From: an uncultured Candidatus Saccharibacteria bacterium
GTDB lineage: Bacteria > Patescibacteriota > Doudnabacteria > UBA920
NCBI GenBank assembly: GCA_964532425.1
Contig: CAZHIA010000004.1
Span: 83,740 to 147,739, forward strand
Direction: 5' to 3'
Length of the DNA: 64,000 nt
Positions 36,894 through 47,459 of the stretch are shown here, one piece after another (position 1 is the stretch's first letter; each line of letters begins with the position of its first letter). The notes under the pieces were generated by a model. It searched no databases, was not told the DNA's origin, and saw only the letters and a list, made by a program, of their open reading frames with translations. Both the position numbers and the translations under genes were made by a program.

Positions 36894-39569
36894 TTACCCC
36901 TTCACCCTCATCGGCACCGGGTCACCAACAGGCAACGCGCGGTCAGCGGCATTTGCCGGAACTACCCGGGAGTAGTCATTTTTGACGTGCCACGAATTAT
37001 AGACTGCAGTGGAAGGATACGCGTGGCGCTGTCCCCCGCCAATCCAATACATAGTGCCGCGGTCATTGACATCAGCCCCATCCCGGTGTGCGGCGGCGCC
37101 ATCGGACAAATTTTCCGCCCGCGGTAAGGCTTGCAGTTCCGGATTGGTCACCACTAACACTGATGAGAACTTGTATCCAAGCGAGGTAAAGACTTTGGAA
37201 GAAACGAAACCATAACGCTGCCCGCTGCTGATCAAGTACACGGTCTGGTCTTCTTTCGATTTGACCAGAGCCCCATCCTGGGGCAGAACCAAGCCACCCT
37301 CTGGGAGAGCCAGATCATCAGGGGTTGCAGCCTTGGCATCAGCAAAGGCCAAACCATACGTGGCGAGCATGCCTGGATTGGTGATGCCTCTGCGATACCC
37401 TTCAGAAACAATATAGATAGTTCCTGACGCATTAATCAGGCGCAAGGACGTAGCCGAAACCTGAGACGGCGTGCTGTGATCCGGGCGGTATTGGGGCATG
37501 GCCACCACGCCTGTGACGGCAGGCACCGGAGCTGCTGCCGTACCCTGCTGGCCTTCGACCGAAGGGGTCACGGATACACCCACACCGGTCGCAGTCTTGC
37601 CGCTGCGCGTTATGGGGAAAGCGGCATAGTAATACAGCGAACCGTTGGTCAGGCTGGTATCTACAAAGGAGTCACCTGTTCCCTCGTACACGATGGTACC
37701 GTATACAGGCAGCGCCGGCGTACCGTTCTGGCTGCGTGAGATAATAGTGCGAACCGTATCACCATCGCTCGGCTTAAGCCAGCGCAGGCGTACCTGGCCG
37801 TCGCTGCCGGTCGCGGTAAAGCCCTGAATCTGCGGAGCCGATCCGGCTACCTGCGCCCCGCTGACTGGTATGGAGAACCTGGCTTCCGTGGCTGGAGCGC
37901 CGTTTCTCTCTACGATAACTTTGGCCGTATATACGCCCGGCGCGGAATAGCTGCACAAGCCGGAAGCGGTTTTGATCGGGCTCGCATCGTTTAGAACCCT
38001 CATATCAGCCGGGGTGGAGGTGGATGTGGAAGTATCAGGCCGGTTGCAATAAAAATAGAAATTAGCCGGTCCTGTTGCCGTACCGGACGGCACGGCGGTC
38101 AGGTTCACGCTGGAAACAGGAGCGACCCCGGAAGACGGAGCAGCCGAAAGCACGACACTCGAAGTAATACCGCTCGTATTCGACGAGACAGCAATAGAGA
38201 CACGAGCTTCGGCTGCAGGAGCCGAGCCGCGCTTCATAATGACTTTGGCCGTATAAATACCTGCCGTATCGTACCGGCACAATCCGTTCACTGTCTTGAT
38301 TGTGTTCAAATCGCCGGTGAATTTAGCATCCGGTTCAATGGTCGTAGTCGTGTCACTGTCCTTGCGATTGCAGTAGAAATAGTAATCTACATACCCCTTG
38401 GCCGTTCCTGACGGTGTAGCGGTCAGAGTTACACCCGTAAGTGGGGATTTACCCGACGTAACACTGGTAACCAAATTCGCCGAGAGTGTTTCGGAAATAG
38501 TGGGCGGCGTCGTAGTATTACTAACCGTCACGATGGTCGTGAATTCCGGCGACAGGTTGCCGTCAACGTCTGCAGCCTGACCGAAAATGGTATGCGTACC
38601 GTTTGCAAACAGCGTGGTATCCCAGACGTAGGAGTAGGGCGAGGCGTTGACGGTTCCGAGCGGAACGCCGTCGACTTTATACTGCACCGAAGCTATTCCC
38701 GAGGTTTTTTGATTCGGCAAGGCAGGATCAGAAACATCGGGAGTAATAGTGGCGTTATTACCGACCGTTGCTCCGGTCACCGGCAGCATAATTAAAAACG
38801 AAGGAGGTGCCGTGTCCGGCGCGGTCATACCTACGTTATTGACCGTTACCGTGATGCCGGCAAAGGTCGTAATATTACCTGCTGCATCACGGGCCACTGC
38901 AGAAATGATATGGGAGCCATTCGTGGCTGTCGTCGTATCCCAGGTCGCGCTATACGGCGTGGAGGTAAGCTCGGTCCCCACATTGGCTCCGTCGATTTTT
39001 AGCTGGACTCCCCCCATCCCGGATGTAATCTGATCAGGAGCAGCGGGGTCCGTAGAAGACGCGGTGACCGTCACCGAACCGGACAGCGTGGTTCCAACCA
39101 CAGGACTAGTAAACTCCACGACCGGCGCGGTAGTGTCAGAAGCTTTTCCTGTAGTCGTAAAAGTGACGATATTAGAAATATCAGAAACGCTGCCGGCCTC
39201 ATCCTTGCTCTTAATGGCCACCGCATACAGGGTTCCCGGATCCAGTCCAACCAGCGTGTACGTTTCCTGCCGACCCGGCTGCATCGGCACGGGAAGGCCG
39301 GAGGCTTTGGTAGCCGTAGCAAAACCGTCGGCAGTGATGGCGGTTGGGGCATAGCGCAGGTCAAAACTGGAAGGCATGCCAAGCGTTCCGTTATCCGAGG
39401 GCGTCGTAAACGTAACGTCGGCCGCCTTCTGCGTGACATTCGTCACCTTCACGTCCGAAATGGCATACGGCGCCGTACTATCAACCGCCGCCTGTGCAGT
39501 CATGCCCAAATATGGCAACACCGAACCTACGGCAATGCTTATGCATAGAAATTTGAAGAATCTTTTCAT
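36894..39569 (-). CDS. Large secreted multi-Ig/FN3 surface (S-layer-like) protein
   Basis: Signal peptide; FN3 (LDPGTLYAVAIK), two Big_7-like domains (PYSATWDTT/PYSYVWDTT), two YxFYCNR PKD-like repeats, FN3, C-terminal GTxYxI..GxR repeats. Confidence 0.85.
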   Translation of the reverse strand: MKRFFKFLCISIAVGSVLPYLGMTAQAAVDSTAPYAISDVKVTNVTQKAADVTFTTPSDNGTLGMPSSFDLRYAPTAITADGFATATKASGLPVPMQPGRQETYTLVGLDPGTLYAVAIKSKDEAGSVSDISNIVTFTTTGKASDTTAPVVEFTSPVVGTTLSGSVTVTASSTDPAAPDQITSGMGGVQLKIDGANVGTELTSTPYSATWDTTTATNGSHIISAVARDAAGNITTFAGITVTVNNVGMTAPDTAPPSFLIMLPVTGATVGNNATITPDVSDPALPNQKTSGIASVQYKVDGVPLGTVNASPYSYVWDTTLFANGTHTIFGQAADVDGNLSPEFTTIVTVSNTTTPPTISETLSANLVTSVTSGKSPLTGVTLTATPSGTAKGYVDYYFYCNRKDSDTTTTIEPDAKFTGDLNTIKTVNGLCRYDTAGIYTAKVIMKRGSAPAAEARVSIAVSSNTSGITSSVVLSAAPSSGVAPVSSVNLTAVPSGTATGPANFYFYCNRPDTSTSTSTPADMRVLNDASPIKTASGLCSYSAPGVYTAKVIVERNGAPATEARFSIPVSGAQVAGSAPQIQGFTATGSDGQVRLRWLKPSDGDTVRTIISRSQNGTPALPVYGTIVYEGTGDSFVDTSLTNGSLYYYAAFPITRSGKTATGVGVSVTPSVEGQQGTAAAPVPAVTGVVAMPQYRPDHSTPSQVSATSLRLINASGTIYIVSEGYRRGITNPGMLATYGLAFADAKAATPDDLALPEGGLVLPQDGALVKSKEDQTVYLISSGQRYGFVSSKVFTSLGYKFSSVLVVTNPELQALPRAENLSDGAAAHRDGADVNDRGTMYWIGGGQRHAYPSTAVYNSWHVKNDYSRVVPANAADRALPVGDPVPMRVKG

Positions 39570-39620
39570 TTTATATTGATCTTAATTTTGATTTATCGGA
39601 AAGCGATTTATCCAAAATTA

Positions 39621-39706
39621 CACCCTCACCTATATCCTCTCCCTTGAAAGGGAGAGGAATGGGCCCACCCCCTCTCCTAGTTATAGGAGAGGGTCGGGGT
39701 GAGGTT
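39621..39706. repeat. REP-like palindromic element
   Basis: ccctcacc..cctctccc-ttgaaa-gggagagg..cctctcct-agttat-aggagagg..ggggtgagg. Confidence 0.75.
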
Positions 39707-39721
39707 ATTACCTCCCACAAT

Positions 39722-39812
39722 CATATTTCTATTGTATTTCTATTTTATTTCTTTCTGGTGTTAAATATTTTTCAATCTTTAAATCTTTCTATTATTTTCT
39801 ATTTTTAAATAA
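39722..39812. repeat. 8-nt degenerate tandem repeat (AT(C/T)TTTCT family)
   Basis: atatttct attgtatttct atttt..atctttct attattttct attttt; same family at 36830-36895. Confidence 0.6.
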
Positions 39813-39815
39813 GTT

Positions 39816-41117
39816 TTACCTGCCTTGCCATGTGAATATGTAGTAGATCGTTTTCAGGATAATCTCCAGATCGAACAGCAATGACCGGCGCTTTATGTAA
39901 TACAGATCGTACTGCAGCTTCAGTTTGGTCTCTTCCAGGCTGCCGGCATAAATGTTGAGCTGGGCCCAGCCGGTAATACCCGGTTTGACCAGATGGCGCT
40001 CGTCATAGAACGGAATCTGCTCGCGCAGCTGTTCGACAATATGGGTCTGTTCCGGCCGCGGCCCGACCAGCGAAAGGTCGCCGCGAATAAGGTTAATAGC
40101 CTGCGGCAGTTCGTCGAGCCGGGTCTTACGGAAAATATTGCCGATCTTAGTTATGCGAGGATCGTTCTTTTCGGTCCAGGTATCAGTCCTGCCGCCGGAC
40201 ATGGTGCGGTACTTGTAAATGCGGAATATCCTGCCATGTTTCCCGACCCGCTCTTGGGTGAAGAGTATTGGACCCGGACTGCTGAGTTTGATAAGTATTG
40301 CCAGCAGCGGGTAGGTCACAACAAACACCACTAAGGCAACAATGCCGGCTACAATATCGATCACCCGCTTAAAAAAGCCGTACCATCGCTTCTCGCGGTA
40401 GTCGATGTTCTCGAGAAACCACGCTTCCGAAAGCTCGGAAATATACACGCGGCGAAGAAGGCTCTCGTAAAATTCCCTGCTATTTAAAAAATTTGCACCG
40501 AGGGTGCGAAGCTCGTAAAAGCGCCGCAAGACGTCCGGCCTGGCCTGAAGGTTCTCAGGTAGAATTATACTGGCGTTCCTATTAAACCCAGTCTGCTGCA
40601 AGGTCGTCTCATTCAGGTGCCCCAAGACGCGGTATCCGAGATACGTGTGACCGCCGATCTCGCGTTCCAAATCAGCCAGCTCGTTATTGAACGAGAAGAG
40701 GTAGACACCCTGGGTAAGCCGGTTCTTGAGCACGTACTTGACCAGCAGGTGCCACATAAGCATTAAAACGAATACCACGCCGATATCGAGCAAGAGAAAA
40801 CGGCGCGGGGTAATTATGAAGCTTGGCTGGAAATAAAAATACACGATGGACAACAGAAGATTGATCACCATAGCGGACACCAGGTTGATGAATACCGAGG
40901 TGTAGCGGCGGAAAACGCGCACGTCGAACAGGCTATGGATGTAGAACACGAGCATCCAAACGGCATACAAAATGCTGAACGAAGTAATGTGGATCTGAAG
41001 CTGCTGCGCATTGAGCCCGCCGGGATACCGGACAGAAATGGAGATCCACAATGCGATATACAGTAGCACCACATCGGGCAGCACCACCAGCCAAAATGAA
41101 AGAGAGTTGCGAGACAA
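39816..41117 (-). CDS. Polyprenyl-phosphate glycosylphosphotransferase (WbaP/WcaJ-like priming enzyme)
   Basis: Four N-terminal TMs; KRVIDI, KYRTM, DPRITKIG, RLDELPQ, SLVGPRPE, KPGITGWAQ. Confidence 0.95.
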   Translation of the reverse strand: MSRNSLSFWLVVLPDVVLLYIALWISISVRYPGGLNAQQLQIHITSFSILYAVWMLVFYIHSLFDVRVFRRYTSVFINLVSAMVINLLLSIVYFYFQPSFIITPRRFLLLDIGVVFVLMLMWHLLVKYVLKNRLTQGVYLFSFNNELADLEREIGGHTYLGYRVLGHLNETTLQQTGFNRNASIILPENLQARPDVLRRFYELRTLGANFLNSREFYESLLRRVYISELSEAWFLENIDYREKRWYGFFKRVIDIVAGIVALVVFVVTYPLLAILIKLSSPGPILFTQERVGKHGRIFRIYKYRTMSGGRTDTWTEKNDPRITKIGNIFRKTRLDELPQAINLIRGDLSLVGPRPEQTHIVEQLREQIPFYDERHLVKPGITGWAQLNIYAGSLEETKLKLQYDLYYIKRRSLLFDLEIILKTIYYIFTWQGR

Positions 41118-41163
41118 AGGAAAATTTAAAATTTAATTATTTAAAATTGGATAATAAACTGAT

Positions 41164-41322
41164 TGTCATTGCGAGGAGGGCGAATGCATCTGAGACCGAC
41201 GAAGCAATCTGACGTATCCGGCGTCATCCCGAGTGCATCCGAGGGATCTCTTTTACAGAAAAGATTGCCGCGCCCTCGGCTGCACCTGCTTACCGGTAGG
41301 CAGGCTCGGGCTCGCAATGACA
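41164..41322. repeat. GTCATTGCGAG-type REP-like element with nested inserts
   Basis: tgtcattgcgag..gaagcaatct / agattgcc..ctcgcaatgaca ends; internal gtcatcccgag..gagggatct and cctgcttaccggtaggcagg. Confidence 0.8.
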
Positions 41323-41348
41323 CTCTCCTGTGTGTCGTTGCTTAGAAT

Positions 41349-42101
41349 TTACTTATCTAATACCAATCTAATTCTTAATATGAGAGATGCCAACCAATAC
41401 CCTTTATAATCATCTTTATACCTCTCAATCAACGTCAATTGTTTGCGAAGGAATTTCCTAAACTTATCCTTATTATAACTCGGTTGGCGATAAGCCGTAA
41501 ATATCTCTTGAAAATTACACATTTTCCCCCGCTTTCCCATTCTGAGCCACAAATCGTAGTCCTCGGCCAAATCCACCCCATCACTCACGAAGCCTCCAGC
41601 CTCCAGCGCCGCATACCGTTTGACCATAACCGTAGAAGTAAAAAACGGATTCTTATAGAGCATCCATTTCCGAATCTGCTGGTCTGTTTCCGGTCTGAAT
41701 CTTTCTATTTTTCTATTTTTATATTTTTCTATTATCCTTATGCCACCGCCACAGATAACCGCGTCCGGATTTTCCTCAAACCATCTCACCTGCTTAGTCA
41801 GTTTTTCCGCATCCGTCCATTCGTCGTCGTCATCCAAAAAAGCCACCAGGTCTCCCCCGCTCTTCTCAAGCGCCTCCTGCCTGCTTTTTATAATTCCTTG
41901 GGACGAATCGTGCCTGATCACTTTTAACTTTTCACTTTTAACTTTAAACTCCGACAAAACATCAGATGTTTTGTCGGTACTCCCATCATCCACTACCACC
42001 GCTTCAAAATCACGGAACGTCTGCCTTGAGACGCTCGCCAGCGCGCTCTGCAGGAGTTCGGCCCGATTCTTGGTTAAAATTATAACGGAGACTTTTGGCA
42101 T
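41349..42101 (-). CDS. Glycosyltransferase family 2
   Basis: VSVII, VVDDGSTD, FLDDDD, EDYDLWLR. Confidence 0.93.
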   Translation of the reverse strand: MPKVSVIILTKNRAELLQSALASVSRQTFRDFEAVVVDDGSTDKTSDVLSEFKVKSEKLKVIRHDSSQGIIKSRQEALEKSGGDLVAFLDDDDEWTDAEKLTKQVRWFEENPDAVICGGGIRIIEKYKNRKIERFRPETDQQIRKWMLYKNPFFTSTVMVKRYAALEAGGFVSDGVDLAEDYDLWLRMGKRGKMCNFQEIFTAYRQPSYNKDKFRKFLRKQLTLIERYKDDYKGYWLASLILRIRLVLDK

Positions 42102-42104
42102 AGG

Positions 42105-42776
42105 TTAGATAACTTTAACTTTCGGTTTAGCGGCAACACAAATAAGATGCTGGCTAAAATATCTCACCAGCAATGGCAATCGTACCACCACCACGCGATT
42201 AAACATTCTCAGCGCTCCATATGCACGAACACTCTCAAATCCGGCATTCCGGAGAGCCCGGCACAACATAGGACGGGACCACAACCGAATATGCTCAGGT
42301 TCCCCGCTTCGGCTCGGGTCGAGTAGCGGATCATGGTGTTCTTGCCGAAAGGCGAAAGCCAGCAATCTAAAAATATTAAAGGCATTCGGTGTCGAAACAA
42401 TAAACTCCCCTTCCGGAACGAGCGTTCGGAATACGGCTTCGAACAGCTCGCTCTGGGAATAAAGGTGTTCGATTACTTCGAAGCACGTAATGGTATCAAC
42501 CGGCGACTGACCCAAGGCAGGATGCCCTTCTAAGTAACCCGTGACGACCGGGATTTGATGCTCCGTTAAAAACTTCGTGTTATTTGGATTGGGATCAAGG
42601 CCGACGCAGTACCGCGCTTTGTTTTTGATGGCAGATAAGAATGATCCCGAACCGCAGCCAACATCCAGGACTGAGCGACCTGAAAAATCCTTGATTTTCA
42701 ACACCGCCTGATGCCACACCCCAAGGTGGTTTATGGCACCGTCGCTGGTTGTTTTTTTTGCATAATCAACTAGCAT
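42105..42776 (-). CDS. Class I SAM-dependent methyltransferase
   Basis: VLDVGCGSG, FEVIEH, STPN. Confidence 0.9.
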   Translation of the reverse strand: MLVDYAKKTTSDGAINHLGVWHQAVLKIKDFSGRSVLDVGCGSGSFLSAIKNKARYCVGLDPNPNNTKFLTEHQIPVVTGYLEGHPALGQSPVDTITCFEVIEHLYSQSELFEAVFRTLVPEGEFIVSTPNAFNIFRLLAFAFRQEHHDPLLDPSRSGEPEHIRLWSRPMLCRALRNAGFESVRAYGALRMFNRVVVVRLPLLVRYFSQHLICVAAKPKVKVI

Positions 42777-42788
42777 GTCGCGTATCGA

Positions 42789-43526
42789 TTAAAGTTTTAT
42801 AAAATGAAAACACCCGCACGCGTATGATGCGCCGCTGAAGTCACTGGGATTGGCCGGTTCGACAAAATGGCCGCCATCAGTAATCCCCGAAAAGCCGGCC
42901 AAATGCAGTCCGGAAAAATACCCAAGGATGGTTTGAGGATCGTGAACGCGGTGAGCATTGAAATACACCGCTTCTCTACCAACCGGTAAGGCAAAGTATA
43001 GGTGCCCACCTGGAGCGAGGACGCGGGACAGTTCCTCGCAGGCTTTCTTGGTTCCCCACGGATCGAGTGGATCGCCGTACCTACCGAGGCCGATATGCTC
43101 GGCCACGTGCAGGCACGACAGTGACTGTACCGAATTATCCGCAAACGGCATGGACAATATACTGCCGGTGATGCATTCGAAATTGTCAAAATCCACCTGA
43201 ATGGGACGGATGTCTACGAACTGTACTTTGGTTGCTGCGCTGGCCATGGATAAAAACCGAATGGATGAACCGACGTCCACATGCAAAGACGGCTTCTGCA
43301 TTAATATATTCTTAAATGCCCACCGGTCCATGTAGACATAATGCTTGTCAAAAGTATGCGAAGCCGGGTCCTTGTCGAACAACTGGGGAAAGTATAATAA
43401 CGACATGCGGTTACCGTCTTTTTGAAGCAACTTTCTATACCTGGCTAAATCGCGTGTATACCACAATATGCCGGAAGTTGCATTTTTTGCCGTTCTGCTG
43501 ATTTTTTTGAAAATCTTTTTGACCAT
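42789..43526 (-). CDS. DUF268-like methyltransferase
   Basis: FDKHY..DRWA, HVDVGS, SLSCLHVAEHIGLGRYGDPLDP, FNAHR. Confidence 0.85.
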   Translation of the reverse strand: MVKKIFKKISRTAKNATSGILWYTRDLARYRKLLQKDGNRMSLLYFPQLFDKDPASHTFDKHYVYMDRWAFKNILMQKPSLHVDVGSSIRFLSMASAATKVQFVDIRPIQVDFDNFECITGSILSMPFADNSVQSLSCLHVAEHIGLGRYGDPLDPWGTKKACEELSRVLAPGGHLYFALPVGREAVYFNAHRVHDPQTILGYFSGLHLAGFSGITDGGHFVEPANPSDFSGASYACGCFHFIKL

Positions 43527-43532
43527 GTTGGA

Positions 43533-44237
43533 TTATATTCCCTGATTGATATGTAAGGATTGCGCATGCGACCGTTCCACAAAAATGCCGTTAATGGAGG
43601 TGTCGGCGAGCTTGAGGTATCCCTGCTGCTGAAGCAGTTGGGTAATTTCACGGTCATCGCGGACGAATATGTCTTTTCGGTATTCGGCCATTTCTACAAT
43701 AATAACCTTGGGACGGAATATATTCCAGTCATTGCTCTGCAGTGCCTGCAGGTTCCACCCTTCGGTGTCGACCGACAAAAGGTCAATAGCCTGCCCGGCC
43801 GCATACTGCTGCAATATCTCCTTAAGCGTACGAATGGCTATCTGGCGGGTAGCTACTAAGCGATGCCCGAGTTTCTGATACTCGGCAGCCTCATCTTTGG
43901 AAAATGTCGATAGCGTATCCGGATCGAAGACATAAAAATCCAAAGTGCCGGATTCCGTACCCACCCCCTCGTTGACCACAATGTCACGATGGCGAACTGT
44001 TCGGAGCAACCGGCAGCGCGACTGGTCCGGTTCTATGCATATCCCTTTCCAGCCCTTCCGGTAAAAAAAATACGTGTTATTGAAATATATCGGATCATTC
44101 GCTCCCACATCCACATAAAAACCGTTTCGCTGCGGAAGAAAAAAGTCAGCTATGACGTCTTCCCCAATTTGGGCATACGATTTTTTTGTTCTAAAAATCC
44201 AATGGTGAACGGCCTTAATAAGGTTGGCGATATTCAT
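43533..44237 (-). CDS. FkbM family methyltransferase
   Basis: SYAQIGED, FYVDVGANDP..NT, WKGICIEP, LLSVDTEG. Confidence 0.9.
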   Translation of the reverse strand: MNIANLIKAVHHWIFRTKKSYAQIGEDVIADFFLPQRNGFYVDVGANDPIYFNNTYFFYRKGWKGICIEPDQSRCRLLRTVRHRDIVVNEGVGTESGTLDFYVFDPDTLSTFSKDEAAEYQKLGHRLVATRQIAIRTLKEILQQYAAGQAIDLLSVDTEGWNLQALQSNDWNIFRPKVIIVEMAEYRKDIFVRDDREITQLLQQQGYLKLADTSINGIFVERSHAQSLHINQGI

Positions 44238-45145
44238 ATATTGTTTATGATTGTTAAGAGCTGGCGTGCGGAGGCTTCGTTGGTGAATCGGTCCAAAGAA
44301 TATTCCCGTGGCTTGAAGTTTACAAGGTTCGAAACAAATTGTGCATATACCCCAGGAAATTCGATCCAGTCACGAAAGAACATGCCTGACTTTTCCGACA
44401 AATACGGAGCTGCAAGCCCCGCCGTATCCCATCGGTACTGTCCCCACTCGGCATACCCGCGGTCCCACACGAGCGTCGGAACATCCCCCATCCAGGCTTC
44501 GTGCAATGCCAATCCCTGGCTTTCCGATTGGCTCAAATAAATGCCATAGTCGCACCGAGACAGGGCGGAAAAGTACTCGGCTTGACGGAAGGTGCCGTAG
44601 CGCAATACTGTAACGCTCTTTCCCTGGCGTGCTAGGAAATCTACTATGTTGCGAAACAGCTCTTCAGGCCCGTTCTTTTGGAATACAAGCACTTCCCCGC
44701 CCGGCTTGCGCAATACCCCGCGGTCCTCCACTCCCGCTGGCCAGACTTTAAGTTTCTGTCTGAACTCCGGCACCAAGGATGACCACCAATCTACTGACCA
44801 TTGTGCCGGAACGATATAAGCGTCTATTTCCGGTCGCAAGATCAGACGGCCTTGCTCCAGCGGGGTCACGACAATGTTCGGACCCCCAATAAGCTTACCA
44901 ATCTTGCCCGCCCGTTTTTTCTGTATAGCCCACCGGAGCGCACGCACGCCGCTCAATACGCATGCCATATCGCCACTGCTCAAAGCCGTGCTGTTGACTG
45001 CGTACGGAATCTTGAGTGCGTCAAGCCCCGCAGTCAGACTCTTCACAACGGCCTGCGGTCCGCGCACTTCCCTGCCGAGCAATCGCTTGGCCAGAGACTT
45101 CATCCGCGGCCACATATGCAAATTTTCGGTATAAAGTTGAATCAT
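44234..45145 (-). CDS. Glycosyltransferase (GT-B-like)
   Basis: GP..V..SL..GL, GPNI, SESQGLALHEAW..DVP. Confidence 0.75.
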   Translation of the reverse strand: MIQLYTENLHMWPRMKSLAKRLLGREVRGPQAVVKSLTAGLDALKIPYAVNSTALSSGDMACVLSGVRALRWAIQKKRAGKIGKLIGGPNIVVTPLEQGRLILRPEIDAYIVPAQWSVDWWSSLVPEFRQKLKVWPAGVEDRGVLRKPGGEVLVFQKNGPEELFRNIVDFLARQGKSVTVLRYGTFRQAEYFSALSRCDYGIYLSQSESQGLALHEAWMGDVPTLVWDRGYAEWGQYRWDTAGLAAPYLSEKSGMFFRDWIEFPGVYAQFVSNLVNFKPREYSLDRFTNEASARQLLTIINNI

Positions 45146-45154
45146 GATTTTTCC

Positions 45155-46063
45155 TTATTCTGGAAGCGCGTGTTTTGCTGCAAGCATCGGATACAAAAAT
45201 TCATGACGCGCAGGATGAACGGCCAGATACATTTCCACGCCAGGTCGCGGCTCCGCGTGTGATACAGGGACAAGGAGGTCACCGTTGCACATAAAAATGC
45301 GATACCCCATTCTTTGCACTAAAGACTGGACTTCCGCAAATTCCTTATTCTTGAAATTGCGACCGGGCATCTCTTTTGCCGATTCGTACCAAATCACTGG
45401 CAGATTTTTTCGAATAGTACCCAGCGCGCCTTCCAGCACTTCTCGTTCGAAACCTTCTACATCGATCTTCATAAAGTCCGGCAGCCGGAGGTCCTGTTCT
45501 ACAACAAAGGCATCCAAGGGCACCTGGCGGACCGTGCGCTTTTCGGCACCAGGCAGTGAGCCTAAAAATTCCGGCCTGAGCGTGGTACCCGAACCGGCTA
45601 CCACAGCCTCGCTCTGTTTCTCTTCACGACCAAGCGCTACCGGAAAAACAAAACAAAAATTTTCCAAACGGTTCAAACGGATAGCTTCCCGTTCTATTTC
45701 GTTGTATTCAGTCAACGGCTCGAACGCGTATGTCGTGACACTCCCTTTGCCTAAAAAGGACGCCATAATTCCGTAGTATCCTGTATTGGCGCCGATATCG
45801 TAAAATATGCAACTACCTTGGTTTGCCAGTGTTGACTCTAGTATATCCGAAACCAATTTTGTCCCTTCTGCCTCCACACAACCGTTTACCGCAACACCAT
45901 AAGAAATATCGCTGCGCGAAAATATATTTCCAACATACCAGAAACCCTGCGTACTTTTTGCCGCCAGCATGCGACTACCCACGCGGTTTATGGGAATTGC
46001 AATGATGTTTCGATGGATTGCTTTTTCTGCTAACCCAAGCAACTTGTAAGCGAGAGATTTCAT
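45155..46063 (-). CDS. FkbM family methyltransferase
   Basis: FYDIGANTGYY, AFEP, PDFMKIDVEGFE; start reset to MKSLA. Confidence 0.9.
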   Translation of the reverse strand: MKSLAYKLLGLAEKAIHRNIIAIPINRVGSRMLAAKSTQGFWYVGNIFSRSDISYGVAVNGCVEAEGTKLVSDILESTLANQGSCIFYDIGANTGYYGIMASFLGKGSVTTYAFEPLTEYNEIEREAIRLNRLENFCFVFPVALGREEKQSEAVVAGSGTTLRPEFLGSLPGAEKRTVRQVPLDAFVVEQDLRLPDFMKIDVEGFEREVLEGALGTIRKNLPVIWYESAKEMPGRNFKNKEFAEVQSLVQRMGYRIFMCNGDLLVPVSHAEPRPGVEMYLAVHPARHEFLYPMLAAKHALPE

Positions 46064-46073
46064 ATGTTTTTGA

Positions 46074-47303
46074 CTACTTGCTTTGGATGGCATCAAGCAC
46101 ACATTCTTCAAAGCGTTTAATATTATTTTTAATCAAAAATAACTTATCAGCCTTTTCTTGAGCGAAGCTGCCCATAACCGACAATTTCTCTCTTCCTGTT
46201 TGAATGAATTCTTCCATATACTTTTCATATGCACCCACATCATCTATTCCGGCGATACGGGAGAATGACGGTTCCAAGTATTCCAGATGCGCGTTCCAGA
46301 CTGTCGAAATATGAGAGATGACTGGCTTGCCGCAAAGCATACTTTCGGCAATGTTCAGTCCCATGGTTTCGCCATCACGGCGGAAATGTGCAAGTGCGTC
46401 AATGGCATTATGAAAAGCCCATACATCCTGTTCCTTGCCGGATGGCGGAATAAAATGGACATTGGGTATATGTTCTTTTCGAACCAGTTCTTCCAAAACC
46501 GGCGGCGGCGACATGATGAGATAATGGGCATTCGGATGCCGAGCCACTATTTTTTGGAACGCGCGAATTCCGATAGGGTCAAAGATATTATTATCCGGCC
46601 GGCCGATTCTGCCAAAAACAATGTCAGTTTCTTCCAGCCCAAGGTCCTGCCGGATCTCGCAACCCCGCTGAAAGGCCTCAGTATCCGGACCTTCACTTTG
46701 GATATAAAGCGTTTCCACATCCCTATTACGAAGCACTGCGCTAACACGCTCAGTCAAATAATCAGAAATACAAAGATGTTTAATAACATTCTTCTGGGGA
46801 TTAACAGAACCAAAAATATTGAGATGGACAATAGGAAGTTTGGTTATATTGGCAACCGGAAATTCCGGGTAACCGGAACCTGCCGCCACTACCAAGTCGA
46901 TGTCATGCTGTTTAAGAACCTCAAAAATATGGGGTTGCATGTGTTCTAGATAAAAAGGAAAGCCACTGGTCCGTTCGGAGAAAGAAAAATCTATCAGTCG
47001 AATGCCGCTATTCTGTAAGTAATCCAATCGAGCCGTTGAAAATTTTGATGAGTACATAAAATACACATCGAATAATTCCTTATTCAGATGTTTTGCCAGT
47101 ATCTGTAATGATTTTTGAGTCCCGGCAAAGCTTAATCCGCCGACATCATAGAAAAGCAACCGCTTCTTGCCTGTTTGGATTTGAGGAATGTATCTGAATA
47201 CAGGATACCGCCTGGACTTCCACAGCCTCCACAAACCTAAGATATATTTTAACTTGGGAAGCGCGTGTACAGGGATAACTCTTTTTACTTTAATGACGTC
47301 CAT
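46074..47303 (-). CDS. Glycosyltransferase family 4-like
   Basis: AGTQKS, FGRIGR, GETMGLNIAESMLCGKPVI. Confidence 0.85.
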   Translation of the reverse strand: MDVIKVKRVIPVHALPKLKYILGLWRLWKSRRYPVFRYIPQIQTGKKRLLFYDVGGLSFAGTQKSLQILAKHLNKELFDVYFMYSSKFSTARLDYLQNSGIRLIDFSFSERTSGFPFYLEHMQPHIFEVLKQHDIDLVVAAGSGYPEFPVANITKLPIVHLNIFGSVNPQKNVIKHLCISDYLTERVSAVLRNRDVETLYIQSEGPDTEAFQRGCEIRQDLGLEETDIVFGRIGRPDNNIFDPIGIRAFQKIVARHPNAHYLIMSPPPVLEELVRKEHIPNVHFIPPSGKEQDVWAFHNAIDALAHFRRDGETMGLNIAESMLCGKPVISHISTVWNAHLEYLEPSFSRIAGIDDVGAYEKYMEEFIQTGREKLSVMGSFAQEKADKLFLIKNNIKRFEECVLDAIQSK

Positions 47304-47459
47304 ATTTGAAATAGAATTTTGTAGTATTTTGCATCCTTACAACAGACTCATTTCCTACGCCAATGTATAACAGTTATGTACTTGTCTGCACCGATTCGGC
47401 GGAAAAATTTTCGGTTGCTGATCAGGTGATCCCAGAATTAACCTTGGGTTATCTTGATC

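Noticed and set aside
41141-41345. Short ORFs over REP elements (also 36259..36828)
   Set aside because: They translate palindromic repeats and show no coding evidence
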